This document shows positions 52,997 through 60,992 of a stretch of DNA of 60,992 nt, in pieces. Every line of letters starts with the position of its first letter. Position 1 is the stretch's first letter. Source of the DNA: Planctomycetia bacterium (GTDB taxonomy: Bacteria; Planctomycetota; Planctomycetia; Pirellulales; UBA1268). The notes under the pieces were generated by a model. The model searched no databases and was not told the DNA's origin. It worked only from the letters and a program-made list of their open reading frames with translations. A program made the position numbers and the translations under genes. Location of the stretch: assembly GCA_026401075.1 (NCBI GenBank), contig JAPLNQ010000259.1, positions 1 to 60,992 of the forward strand, in the 5' to 3' direction.

Positions 52997-53068
52997 CAGG
53001 CCCCGCTGTCGAATCCAGGCCCCGCTGTCGAGTACAGGCCCCACTGTCGAGTACAGGCCCAGCCTGGG
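52997..53068 (+). repeat. 19-bp tandem direct repeat x3.5 upstream of the response regulator
   Basis: caggccccgctgtcgaatc (52997-53015), caggccccgctgtcgagta (53016-34), caggccccactgtcgagta (53035-53), and the partial caggcccagcctggg (53054-68). Confidence 0.9.
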
Positions 53069-53089
53069 AAACAGAAAGTGATTGCCCCG

Positions 53090-53779
53090 ATGGCCGGACA
53101 ACAGATCCTTGTGGTCGATGATGAAGAGGATCTGCTGGAATTGGTGAGCTACAAACTCTCCAAGGACGGCTATCGCGTGCAGTGCGTGGGCACCGGCGAA
53201 GATGCACTCAAGACCGCGCGGAAGCAGCCACCCGACCTGATCGTGCTCGACTGGATGCTCCCGTCGGTCGACGGCCTCGAGGTCTGCCGGCGGCTCAAGA
53301 GCGACCCCAAGACCCGCGACATCCCGATCATCATGCTCACGGCCAAGGGTGAGGAGAGCGACATGGTCGCGGGGCTCGAACGCGGCGCCGACGACTACAT
53401 CGCCAAGCCGTTCAGCCCGCGGGTGCTCTCGGCCCGCGTCAAGGCCCTCCTGCGACGCAAGGAGGCCGATTCGAAGGCAGGCCAGGAGACGACGATCGAC
53501 GTCCACGAACTGTCGATCCATCCCGGCCGGCACGAGGTGACCCTGGCCGGCACGCCGGTCGAACTGACCTATACCGAGTTCGCCCTGCTGCAATTCCTGG
53601 CCAAGAGACCGGGCTGGGCCTACACCCGCACGCAGATTGTCGACGCGGTCAAGGGGGAGGATTATCCTGTGACGGAGCGCTCGGTGGACGTCCAAGTCGC
53701 CGGCCTGCGCAAGAAACTCGGCGAGTTCGGTTCCTACATCGAAACCGTCCGTGGCGTGGGATACCGGTTCCGGGCGTGA
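53090..53779 (+). CDS. OmpR/PhoB-family response regulator
   Basis: ILVVDDEEDLLELV..PDLIVLDWMLPSVDGLEVCRRLK..PIIMLTAKGEE..GADDYIAKPFSPRVL forms the receiver domain. LTYTEFALLQFLAKRPG..VDVQVAGLRKKL..IETVRGVGYRF forms the winged-helix domain. Alternative GTG start at 53078. Confidence 0.9.
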   Translation: MAGQQILVVDDEEDLLELVSYKLSKDGYRVQCVGTGEDALKTARKQPPDLIVLDWMLPSVDGLEVCRRLKSDPKTRDIPIIMLTAKGEESDMVAGLERGADDYIAKPFSPRVLSARVKALLRRKEADSKAGQETTIDVHELSIHPGRHEVTLAGTPVELTYTEFALLQFLAKRPGWAYTRTQIVDAVKGEDYPVTERSVDVQVAGLRKKLGEFGSYIETVRGVGYRFRA

Positions 53780-53858
53780 CACGAGTCTTGGTTCAGAGTC
53801 TCGGTCCCGAGTCCATCCCTGTCCGTTCCGGTCGTTCGCAGTCCTTCGCAGCTTTTTC

Positions 53859-55643
53859 ATGGCCCGCTCGCGGTTCGTCTGGCATGTGTTCGCGGGCTTC
53901 TGCGCGATGGTCGCAGCAGGCTCCGTCGGCTGCTTCTGGTTGGCAAGCGTGCAACTGGCCTGGCTGGCCGATGCCTCCCAGTTGCAGCGGGTGGCCGACA
54001 TGGCGACGGGACTGACCGCAATCTTTCCCACTCGCGCCGACGCGCTCGATCCCACCGCGTTCGCCGATGCCACGCGGCGGATGGTCGGCGGCATGCGGGC
54101 CCGCATGGACCTTCTCGCCCCCGACGGAACCGTGCTGGCCACGTCTGCCCCGGGCGGCGTCGTCGGAGAGCGGTCTGCGACGGCTGATGCACTCGTCGAG
54201 GAAGCCCGGGCCGGACGGATCGCCCGGTCCAGCCGCTACGATGCCACCGCCGGAAAACGCATCCTGGTGGTGGCCGCGCCCGTTGGTCCGGCTGGCCAGC
54301 CTGCGGGCATCATCCGAGTCACGGCGGACACGATCGACTCCGATGCCGAATTGTCGCGGTCCCTGCGGTGGCTGTTGCTCGGCTTCCTGGCGTGGGCAGC
54401 GGCGGCACTGGCCGTCGGCCTCGCGGTGGCCAACCGGCTCGCTCGACCAGTCGCCGACCTGTCGCTGGCCGCGGCCCGTCTGGCCGACGGCGATACAAGT
54501 GCTCCCATTCCGGTGGCGGAATCGGCGGAGCTGTCCGCACTCGCCGACGCGATTGCATCGCTGCGCGAACAGCTCGTGGAACGCGGACTCACGATCGGCA
54601 GGCAGGGCACGCAGCAGGAGGCGGTGCTCGGCAGCATGATCGAGGGTGTGCTGGCCATCGACGCCCGGCAGCGTGTCGTGGGCATCAACCGTGCCGCCGC
54701 CGAGCTCCTCGCGGTCGATTCGGATCGTGCCATTCGCCGCCCCCTGCAGGAGGTGGTCCGCAACCCCGATCTGCGGCGGTTCGCTCTGCGGGCGATCGAC
54801 TGCCGCGAGCCCGTCGAGGATGACCTCCTCCTTCGCGGCGTTCGCGACCGTACGATCCGCCTGCGGGGCACGGCGCTGCGGGATCTGTCGGGCGAGGGCG
54901 GGGCGGTGATCGTCTTGAACGACGTGACCGCGATGGAGCGGCTGGAAAACATCCGCCGCGACTTCGTCGCCAACGTGTCGCACGAACTCAAGACACCAAT
55001 CGCCTCGATCAAGGGCTTTGTGGAGACGTTGCTCGACGGGGCGGCCGATGACCCGGTCGACCAGCGCCGGTTTCTGGAAATCATCGCGAGGCAGGCCGAC
55101 CGGCTCGCGTCGATCATCGAGGACCTGCTGGCACTCTCTCGGATCGAGCAGAGCGAAGGCACGGGCAACCTGCCACGGGAGGCCGTCCGCATGGCCGATC
55201 TGCTCTCAGCCGTGACCGTCGACTGCCTGCCGCGGGCCGGCGACCGTTCCATCCAACTCGACGTCTCCTGCGATCCTCACATCGAGTCGGAGGTCAACGC
55301 GCCGCTCCTGGAGCAGGCACTGATCAACCTCGTTGATAATGCCATCAAGTACAGCGATCCGGGCCGCACGGTCTGGATCACGGTCGGCGTCGAGACGGCA
55401 GCGACAGACCGCGCTCCAGCAGTGGTCATCACCGTCCGCGACGAAGGCTGTGGCATCGATGCCGAACACCTGCCACGGCTCTTCGAGCGGTTCTACCGCG
55501 TCGACAAGGCCCGCAGCCGCAAGCTCGGCGGCACGGGGTTGGGGCTCTCGATCGTGAAGCATATCGTGCAGGCTCACGGCGGCACGGTAGCCGTGGAGAG
55601 TCAGCCGGGCGTGGGCAGCACGTTCACGATCCGCCTGCCGTGA
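53859..55643 (+). CDS. PhoR-like sensor histidine kinase (TM-sensor-TM, HAMP, PAS, HisKA, HATPase)
   Basis: H-box FVANVSHELKTPIASIKGFVETL, N-box LINLVDNAIKYS, G-boxes RDEGCGI and GGTGLGLSIVKHIV. There is a HAMP-like ANRLARPVADL and a PAS-like segment. I chose ATG 53859. Confidence 0.88.
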   Translation: MARSRFVWHVFAGFCAMVAAGSVGCFWLASVQLAWLADASQLQRVADMATGLTAIFPTRADALDPTAFADATRRMVGGMRARMDLLAPDGTVLATSAPGGVVGERSATADALVEEARAGRIARSSRYDATAGKRILVVAAPVGPAGQPAGIIRVTADTIDSDAELSRSLRWLLLGFLAWAAAALAVGLAVANRLARPVADLSLAAARLADGDTSAPIPVAESAELSALADAIASLREQLVERGLTIGRQGTQQEAVLGSMIEGVLAIDARQRVVGINRAAAELLAVDSDRAIRRPLQEVVRNPDLRRFALRAIDCREPVEDDLLLRGVRDRTIRLRGTALRDLSGEGGAVIVLNDVTAMERLENIRRDFVANVSHELKTPIASIKGFVETLLDGAADDPVDQRRFLEIIARQADRLASIIEDLLALSRIEQSEGTGNLPREAVRMADLLSAVTVDCLPRAGDRSIQLDVSCDPHIESEVNAPLLEQALINLVDNAIKYSDPGRTVWITVGVETAATDRAPAVVITVRDEGCGIDAEHLPRLFERFYRVDKARSRKLGGTGLGLSIVKHIVQAHGGTVAVESQPGVGSTFTIRLP

Positions 55644-55660
55644 CCCTTGTCCAGAGCGAC

Positions 55661-56662
55661 TCACATTCCGTTCACGACGTTTCGCAAGGGCTGACCCAGC
55701 AGCGCCCGCCGGCACGCGTCGGTGCCCTTTACCCGCATGTCCATGAGGCCTTGCTCGGAATAGAAGGCGGCGTGCGGATTGACGATGAGTCGCTCGAATG
55801 CCGGATGATCGCGGTCCCGCCAGGCGACGAGCAGCGGGTCGTCTGAGGCGGGCGGCTCCTGCGGCAACACGTCGATGCCGGCGCCGGCGAGCCGGCCCGA
55901 GGCGAGGGCCGCGGGAATGGCCGATGTGTCGACCACGCCGCCGCGGGCGGTGTTCACGAGGAACGCACCCTGGGGCAACAGCTCGAGCGTGTTGGCGTTG
56001 ACGAGCGCCTTCGTCTCGTCGGTGAGCGGACAGTGGAGGCTCAGCACGAAGGCCTGCCGGAAGAGGTCCTCGACCGACTCGACGCGGCGGATGCCGAGGG
56101 CTTTGTCGAAACCGTCCTGGCGATAGGGGTCGTAGAAGGCCACATCCATGCCGATCGCCTTGGCCCGCAGGGCAGTGGCGATACCGATGCGGCCCAGGCC
56201 GACGATCGCGAACGTGCGGCCCCGAAGGCGATGGAGCGGCGCGAAGACGTGATACATCCACGGATCGGGGCGATCGCGGAGGCGGGTGTTGAACTGGTGG
56301 ATGCCGCGGGTGAGGGCCAGCGTCATGCCGATCGCCGAGTCGGCCACCTCCTCGGTGCCGTAGTCGGGCACGTTGGCCACGGCAATGCCGCGTTCGCGGG
56401 CGAAGGCATGATCGACGTTGTCGAAGCCCACGCCGCAGCGGACGATCAGCCGGCAGTGTTTCAGCCGCTCGATCGTGTGCCGGGTGAGCCTGATGTTGTG
56501 GTACATCATGATCGCGGCGGCATCCTCGATCCGGCCGACGAACTCGTCCTCGTGGTGGGCGTCGAAGGCCTCGACCGTGGCCAGGCCAGTCAGGGCCTCG
56601 CGCTCGGTGGCGAGGTCGTCATTGATGAAGTCGGTGATCACGATCTTGTGCATACGATGCAT
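55661..56662 (-). CDS. D-isomer-specific 2-hydroxyacid dehydrogenase (CtBP-like)
   Basis: VRCGVGFDNVDHAFARERGIAVANVPDYGTEEVADSAI, GRTFAIVGLGRIGIATALRAKAIGMDV (NAD fold), NTARGGVVD and PHAAFYS. ATG 56662, or 56653. Confidence 0.88.
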   Translation of the reverse strand: MHRMHKIVITDFINDDLATEREALTGLATVEAFDAHHEDEFVGRIEDAAAIMMYHNIRLTRHTIERLKHCRLIVRCGVGFDNVDHAFARERGIAVANVPDYGTEEVADSAIGMTLALTRGIHQFNTRLRDRPDPWMYHVFAPLHRLRGRTFAIVGLGRIGIATALRAKAIGMDVAFYDPYRQDGFDKALGIRRVESVEDLFRQAFVLSLHCPLTDETKALVNANTLELLPQGAFLVNTARGGVVDTSAIPAALASGRLAGAGIDVLPQEPPASDDPLLVAWRDRDHPAFERLIVNPHAAFYSEQGLMDMRVKGTDACRRALLGQPLRNVVNGM

Positions 56663-56900
56663 TCCCTGAGGTGAGTCTTGCTGTGGGTCACGTCTCGCTC
56701 GGCGGCAGCCGTCAACGCACCCAGATGCCCCGGCCGGTGCCGCCACGCGGCGTCCCACGTCTTCGTGACGACCAGCGGCCGCAGGTCGTCGAGCGACGAA
56801 GCAGCCATGCTCCGAGTGCCGCAGAGGCTGATCACCGTGGCCACCAGCCGGCCTGTCAGGCATGCAGCGGCCAACAACCGGGATGATACCGGGATTCGCT

Positions 56901-57713
56901 TCATCGTTTGGACCGTCCTTTCGCGGCATCGGCCTTGAGGTCTTGCTCGGCCCAGTCGAGGTGCCGTCGCATCGCCGCCTCGGCAGCCCGCGGGTCGTGC
57001 CGCTCGACGGCGGCGAGGATTTCGCGGTGGCCAACGATCGCCGGCTCCGGCCCGGCCGCCTTGATCGTCCGTCGCCTCGACTCGACGAGCAGCCCCCCGA
57101 GCGTCTTCAAGAGCACCGAGAACACCGGGTTGTCAGTCGCCTCGGCGAGCAGTTCGTGAAAGCGGATATCGGCGTCGACGCGGTCTTTGAGCCCGGTGGC
57201 CCGTTCGAGGTCATCGATCACCGCCCGCAGGGCCGCGATTTGTGCGTCGCCCGCCCGCTCCGCCGCGAGCCCCGCGATCGCCGACTCGAGCGGCCGGCGC
57301 ACCTCGGTGAGCTGCAGGAGCGTCGTGCAAGACCGCTGCAGGAGCAGTTCGAGCGATTCGATCGTCGGACCGGCATCGACCTCCGCCACCCGCGGACGTG
57401 CCCCCTGGCTCATCACGATGAGCCCCTGCGACCGCAGGCTCCGCATCGCCTCGCGGATGACGGTCCGCGAAACCGTCAGCGACTCGGCGAGATCCCCTTC
57501 GCTGGGCAACGACATGCCGGCGGCGTAGGAGCCGGAGACGATCTCCTTGCGAAGGTAGCCGATCACCTGGGCGACGAGGTCGCCTTCGGCAGCGGATTTG
57601 CCCGCCACGGCGAGGCGGGCCTTGCCGGGTGGCCGGCCAGGAGGACGGGGCGAGCGACGGGCGGCGGATGCAGGCACGATGGGTTCTCGGAAAACGGTTT
57701 TTTGGCGAGCCAA
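56901..57713 (-). CDS. GntR-family (FadR/FCD subfamily) transcriptional regulator
   Basis: LPSEGDLAESLTVSRTVIREAMRSLRSQGLIVMSQGARPRV forms a GntR wHTH, followed by an all-helical FCD-like C-terminus. The start is uncertain: TTG 57713 or GTG 57677. The N-terminal ~40 aa are Arg/Pro-rich. Confidence 0.8.
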   Translation of the reverse strand: MARQKTVFREPIVPASAARRSPRPPGRPPGKARLAVAGKSAAEGDLVAQVIGYLRKEIVSGSYAAGMSLPSEGDLAESLTVSRTVIREAMRSLRSQGLIVMSQGARPRVAEVDAGPTIESLELLLQRSCTTLLQLTEVRRPLESAIAGLAAERAGDAQIAALRAVIDDLERATGLKDRVDADIRFHELLAEATDNPVFSVLLKTLGGLLVESRRRTIKAAGPEPAIVGHREILAAVERHDPRAAEAAMRRHLDWAEQDLKADAAKGRSKR

Positions 57714-57807
57714 GCCCTATCGTATAAGCAGGCGGACACGACAGAAAGTCCCCGCGGCGGCCAGCCGAAAGCAGGGGGCGTGTCGCTGGGAGTCCGTTGG
57801 CACCGAG

Positions 57808-57969
57808 ATGGCTCAGACGCGAGGCACGATCGCTCGACACCAGACCGTGTTTCTGCTCTCCGCCGCCTCACGTAGCATCACCGGCGCCAATATCATGGCC
57901 GACCTCGGCATGACGAGCCTGCTCGTCAGCCGCGAGCCCTACTCTTCGAAACCAATCACCGGAGCCTGA
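57808..57969 (+). pseudogene. possible relic of an SDR C-terminus
   Basis: ...TVFLLSAASRSITGANIMADLGMTS resembles the conserved SDR C-terminal block (FLxSDxASxITGxxIxVDGGxT), but no Rossmann or catalytic part precedes it. The ORF ends 1 nt before the cyclase start. Confidence 0.3.
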
Positions 57970-57970
57970 C

Positions 57971-58600
57971 ATGCCGCTTGTCGATCTCTCCCACCCGCTC
58001 GTCCACGGGCAGCAGACCTTTCCATCCGACCCGAAGCTCTCGATCGTGCCGCACGGCACCACCGCCACGCTCCGCTACAACATCTCGCAGGTGGTGATGT
58101 CGACCCATCAGGGCACGCACCTCGACGCGATGTACCACTTCGTCGACGACGGCAAAACGCTCGACCAGATGCCGCTCGACTGGTTCTACGGGCCCGCCAC
58201 GGTGCTGCGGATCCCGAAGGCCCCACAGGAGGAGATCACCGCCGACGACTTCCGACGTCATGAGAGCGTGCTCGTGCCAGGGGCCAAGATCATTTACGAG
58301 ACCGGCTGGCACCGGCAGTTTGGCGCCGAAAACTTCTTCAGCGATTTTCCGTCGCTCACGCAGGAGGCCGCTCGCTACCTCGTCTCCCGCGGTATCCGCA
58401 TGCTCGGCATGGACACGCCCACGCCCAGCCGCGACTGGTTCGAGGTGCACCACATCCTCTTGGCGAAGGATGCAGAGATCGTCGTGGTCGAGTCGCTCGC
58501 CCATCTCGACCAGATACCCGACGCCATTACCTTCATCGGCTTCCCACTCAATTTCGCCGGCCGCGATGGCTCGCCGATCCGGGCCGTGGCGATGGTGTGA
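57971..58600 (+). CDS. cyclase-family protein (kynurenine formamidase-like)
   Basis: VDLSHPL..GQQTFPSDP...STHQGTHLDAMYHF..DQMPLD...G.DTPTPS are typical putative-cyclase blocks. Confidence 0.85.
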   Translation: MPLVDLSHPLVHGQQTFPSDPKLSIVPHGTTATLRYNISQVVMSTHQGTHLDAMYHFVDDGKTLDQMPLDWFYGPATVLRIPKAPQEEITADDFRRHESVLVPGAKIIYETGWHRQFGAENFFSDFPSLTQEAARYLVSRGIRMLGMDTPTPSRDWFEVHHILLAKDAEIVVVESLAHLDQIPDAITFIGFPLNFAGRDGSPIRAVAMV

Positions 58601-58644
58601 GTAGTCACGCGCGACCGACGCCGCGCGAACGGCAAGCACTGACG

Positions 58645-59364
58645 TTAGGCAAGGCGAGTGCCGCCGTCCACCGGCAGGCAGATGCCGGTGACGGAATCGT
58701 TCTCGAGGAGAAACAGCACGGCGTGGGCGACATGCTCGAGAGTGCCCTCGCGATGCGCCGGCGTGCCGGCGAGCACGCAGTTGGCCCGCACCCGCGGGTT
58801 GCGGGCAGCGAACTCCTTCGCCAGGCTCTGCGTCATGGCGGTGATCGCCCCCTGGCTTGGAAAGAAGGCGGCCGAGCCGGTCGTGGGCCTTTCCACCGCT
58901 GAGTCGCCCATCATGACGATGCTGCCGCCCTCGGGCTGCCGCACCATGAAGGCCCCCGCCTCCTGCGCCGCCACGAACGCGGCCACGCAGTTGATGTCGA
59001 AGTGGGTCCGCAGATCGTCGGCCGTCACCTCTTCCAGCGGCCCGGCTTGCCGGATCGCGGCACAGGTCACGACCGCATCGATGCGGCCGAAGTGATCGGC
59101 CACGCGTTGCACCATGGCCCGCACCGGCCCTTCGTCGCGGAGGTTCGCCGTGACGGCCAGGCTCGGCACGCCGGCCGCAGCGAGCTGATCGGCCAGCGCA
59201 CGGGCCTCCTGCAGCGACCCGTGGGCGTGGATCGCCACGGCATAGCCGCGCGAGGCCAAGGCCCGCACGACCGCCGCTCCCATGCCTCGTTCACCGCCGG
59301 TGACGAGCGCCACGCGGCCCGTCTGCGCAAGAGCCCCGGGGACAAAGACAAGTGGTTCGTACAT
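58645..59364 (-). CDS. SDR-family oxidoreductase
   Basis: From ATG 59364: GRVALVTGGERGMGAAVVRALASRGYAV (TGxxxGxG), RIDAVVTCAAI and GSIVMMGDS. The C-terminus is VTGICLPVDGG. Confidence 0.85.
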   Translation of the reverse strand: MYEPLVFVPGALAQTGRVALVTGGERGMGAAVVRALASRGYAVAIHAHGSLQEARALADQLAAAGVPSLAVTANLRDEGPVRAMVQRVADHFGRIDAVVTCAAIRQAGPLEEVTADDLRTHFDINCVAAFVAAQEAGAFMVRQPEGGSIVMMGDSAVERPTTGSAAFFPSQGAITAMTQSLAKEFAARNPRVRANCVLAGTPAHREGTLEHVAHAVLFLLENDSVTGICLPVDGGTRLA

Positions 59365-59456
59365 CAAGCGTCTCCGGGAAAGCGTGCGGGGCGGCAGCGG
59401 CCGTTTCATCCTGACCTTCAGGTCGGCCAGGTCAGCCAAGCCGGCATCTTGATCGG

Positions 59457-60548
59457 CTACGCCGGCGTCTTCATCGTCTCATGAAAATCGAGGATCTTCT
59501 GCCAGGCCTCCTCGGCCGTTTCGGCGTAGGTGAAGAGCTTGAGATGCTCGTCCGAGATCACGCCGCTGTCAGCGAGAAACTGGAAGTTGATCACCTTCGA
59601 CCAGTAGTCGCGACCAAACAGGATGATCGGCACCGGCTGCATGCGGTGCGTCTGCCGCAGTGTGAGCGTCTCGAACATCTCGTCGAGCGTGCCGAAACCA
59701 CCCGGAAAGAGCACGACGGCGGCAGCCCGCAGAATGAAGTGAAACTTGCGCAAGGCAAAATACTTGAACTGAAAACAGAGTTCCGGCGTGATGAACGGAT
59801 TGGGCTGCTGCTCGCTGGGGAGTTTGATGTTGAGGCCGATCGATTTACAGCCGACGTCGAACGCACCCCGATTGGCCGCTTCCATGATCCCTGGGCCGCC
59901 GCCAGTGATGATCACATAGTCACGCTTGTCGTCGCACTGGTTGTCGATCGATACGAGTCGGGCAAACTCGCGGGCCGCATCGTAGTAGCGGCAGTAGGCG
60001 AGGAGTTGTTCTGCCCGCTTGAGTTCGCGGGCGAGCCCCTCCACGGCCTTCGCCGACGCCGGGACGGCGGCCGAAGCCAAGCCCGACGCCGGGACGGCGG
60101 CCGTATTCAGCGCCGACGCCGGGACGGCGGCCACATCCTTCGCCGACGCCGGGACGGCGGCCGTAGCCTGCGCCCGCGCCATGGCGCGGCGGGCCTCCGA
60201 CAGCCGCCGCTCCGCCGCGGGCCGTTCCACGATCTGTGTGCCGCCAAACACGATCACCGTGGAGGTGATGCTGTCAGCCAGGAAGGCCAGTTCCGGCTTG
60301 CCGAGTTCGAGCAGCATCCGCACACCGCGCATCTCGGACTTGTCGAGCAGATGCCGGTCATCTTGCGCCAGGCTGTAGCTGGGAGAGGAGAGGATCGCCT
60401 CCATGTTTTCTGCGACCAGGGCCACGTCGTCGCCGAGCGTGGTGTCAGGCAGGATGCTGCACGCCTTGGGACGGACTGGAGCCGTCCCAGCGGTAGCCGG
60501 GGGTTTCAGCCCAGCAGACTTGCCTGTCTTTGGTGTCTTTGATGTCAT
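59457..60548 (-). CDS. LOG-family (TIGR00730-type) protein with repeat-containing insertion
   Basis: STVIVFGGT...ITGGGPGIMEAANRGAFDVG..SIGLNIKLPSEQQPN...FPGGFGTLDEMFETLTLRQ are LOG/lysine-decarboxylase-like blocks. A ~85-aa insert between the first strand and the GGGPG block includes 4 x 10-aa AAVPASAxxx repeats. Confidence 0.82.
   Translation of the reverse strand: MTSKTPKTGKSAGLKPPATAGTAPVRPKACSILPDTTLGDDVALVAENMEAILSSPSYSLAQDDRHLLDKSEMRGVRMLLELGKPELAFLADSITSTVIVFGGTQIVERPAAERRLSEARRAMARAQATAAVPASAKDVAAVPASALNTAAVPASGLASAAVPASAKAVEGLARELKRAEQLLAYCRYYDAAREFARLVSIDNQCDDKRDYVIITGGGPGIMEAANRGAFDVGCKSIGLNIKLPSEQQPNPFITPELCFQFKYFALRKFHFILRAAAVVLFPGGFGTLDEMFETLTLRQTHRMQPVPIILFGRDYWSKVINFQFLADSGVISDEHLKLFTYAETAEEAWQKILDFHETMKTPA
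60048..60168. repeat. 30-bp tandem repeat x4 inside the LOG-family CDS
   Basis: The core cgacgccgggacggcggcc recurs at 60054, 60084, 60114 and 60144. This exact 30-nt period is in frame. Confidence 0.9.
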
Positions 60549-60621
60549 GATTTCTTGTGTGTCTTGGCCATGGCGATCTCCGTGCCGTCAATCGATAGAC
60601 GTCGATTCTCGTTGAAACGAT

Positions 60622-60992
60622 TCAGGAATCCAGCCGGGCGATGGTGCCGATGGCGGGAATCTCCACATCCCAGCCGCGGGTCTCCCGGAGGAAATCTGCC
60701 AAGCCGCGGGCAGCCGGCGGTTCGCCATGCACGAGGAACGTTTTCCGGGGCGCGGGCATGCCCGCGAGCCAGCGGCCGAGCTCGCGGCGGTCGGCGTGGC
60801 CGGAGAGGGCGTCGACCCGCCGCACGGCGGCCTTGACCGGAATGTCGCGACCGTGGATGCGGAGATATTTTGCCCCGTCGATGAGCGACCGGCCCCGCGT
60901 GCCGGTGGCCTGGAAGCCCGCTACCAGGACCGTCGTCTTGGGATCGGGCAGCCGCTGGACGAGATGGTGGAGGATGCGTCCGCCGTTCATCA
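60622..60992 (-). CDS. MBL-fold beta-CASP hydrolase, C-terminal part only (5' end outside window)
   Basis: GGRILHHLVQRL..TVLVAGFQATGTRGRSL...VRRVDALSGHADRRELGRWL..TFLVHGEP is typical of the beta-CASP/RNA-metabolising MBL C-terminus. The frame is open to the window edge. Confidence 0.8.
   Translation of the reverse strand, partial: MNGGRILHHLVQRLPDPKTTVLVAGFQATGTRGRSLIDGAKYLRIHGRDIPVKAAVRRVDALSGHADRRELGRWLAGMPAPRKTFLVHGEPPAARGLADFLRETRGWDVEIPAIGTIARLDS

Noticed and set aside
56663-56900. 88-aa ORF (56638-56904, minus) between the 2-hydroxyacid dehydrogenase and GntR genes
   Set aside because: It has no motif or RBS-like sequence and its composition is consistent with a non-coding spacer. It overlaps neighbouring gene ends.

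Overview
High-GC chromosomal segment, called from motif recognition only (no searches run). It looks planctomycetal: a DUF1559 prepilin-like H-X9-DG protein, a PSCyt/DUF1553 + DUF1501 pair, a giant dehydrogenase-cupredoxin-cytochrome c protein and a secreted prenyltransferase-like protein. I support about 40 protein-coding genes, mostly housekeeping or envelope functions:
- alpha-2-macroglobulin (5' partial)
- lactate permease
- aldo/keto reductase
- GT9 heptosyltransferase + BamA
- TsaC-LMW-phosphatase fusion + RpiB
- Zwf, HemA and HemE
- SNF2 helicase
- OmpR-type response regulator + PhoR-like kinase
- GntR regulator, cyclase, SDR, LOG-family protein
- beta-CASP MBL hydrolase (partial)

I saw no rRNA, tRNA, CRISPR array, transposase, integrase or phage gene.

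Most noteworthy observations:
1. A tightly coupled operon of a secreted FAD oxidoreductase, a double-FMN_bind NosR/NapH-like membrane protein and ApbE. It has no nos/nap/nqr/rnf context.
2. A concentration of GT-C glycosyltransferases: two TMTC-like GT-C+TPR paralogs, a GT39-like enzyme coupled to a PQQ-type beta-propeller, a Dpm1-like GT2 and one frameshifted GT-C.
3. Domain fusions: Zwf with a C-terminal cyclic-nucleotide-binding domain, and TsaC(YrdC) with an LMW phosphatase next to rpiB.
4. BamA carrying a roughly 190-aa low-complexity insert that includes ten 15-bp (QPGMx) tandem repeats.
5. At least five families of short palindromic (REP/MITE-like) repeats filling many intergenic regions. 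Some overlap CDS ends, including the putative ApbE signal peptide, the DUF1501 N-terminus and the GT9 C-terminus.
6. Several short tandem arrays directly upstream of genes (rpiB, zwf, the response regulator).
7. Two disrupted genes (DUF1501 and a GT-C membrane protein).

The many long antisense ORFs are high-GC artefacts.
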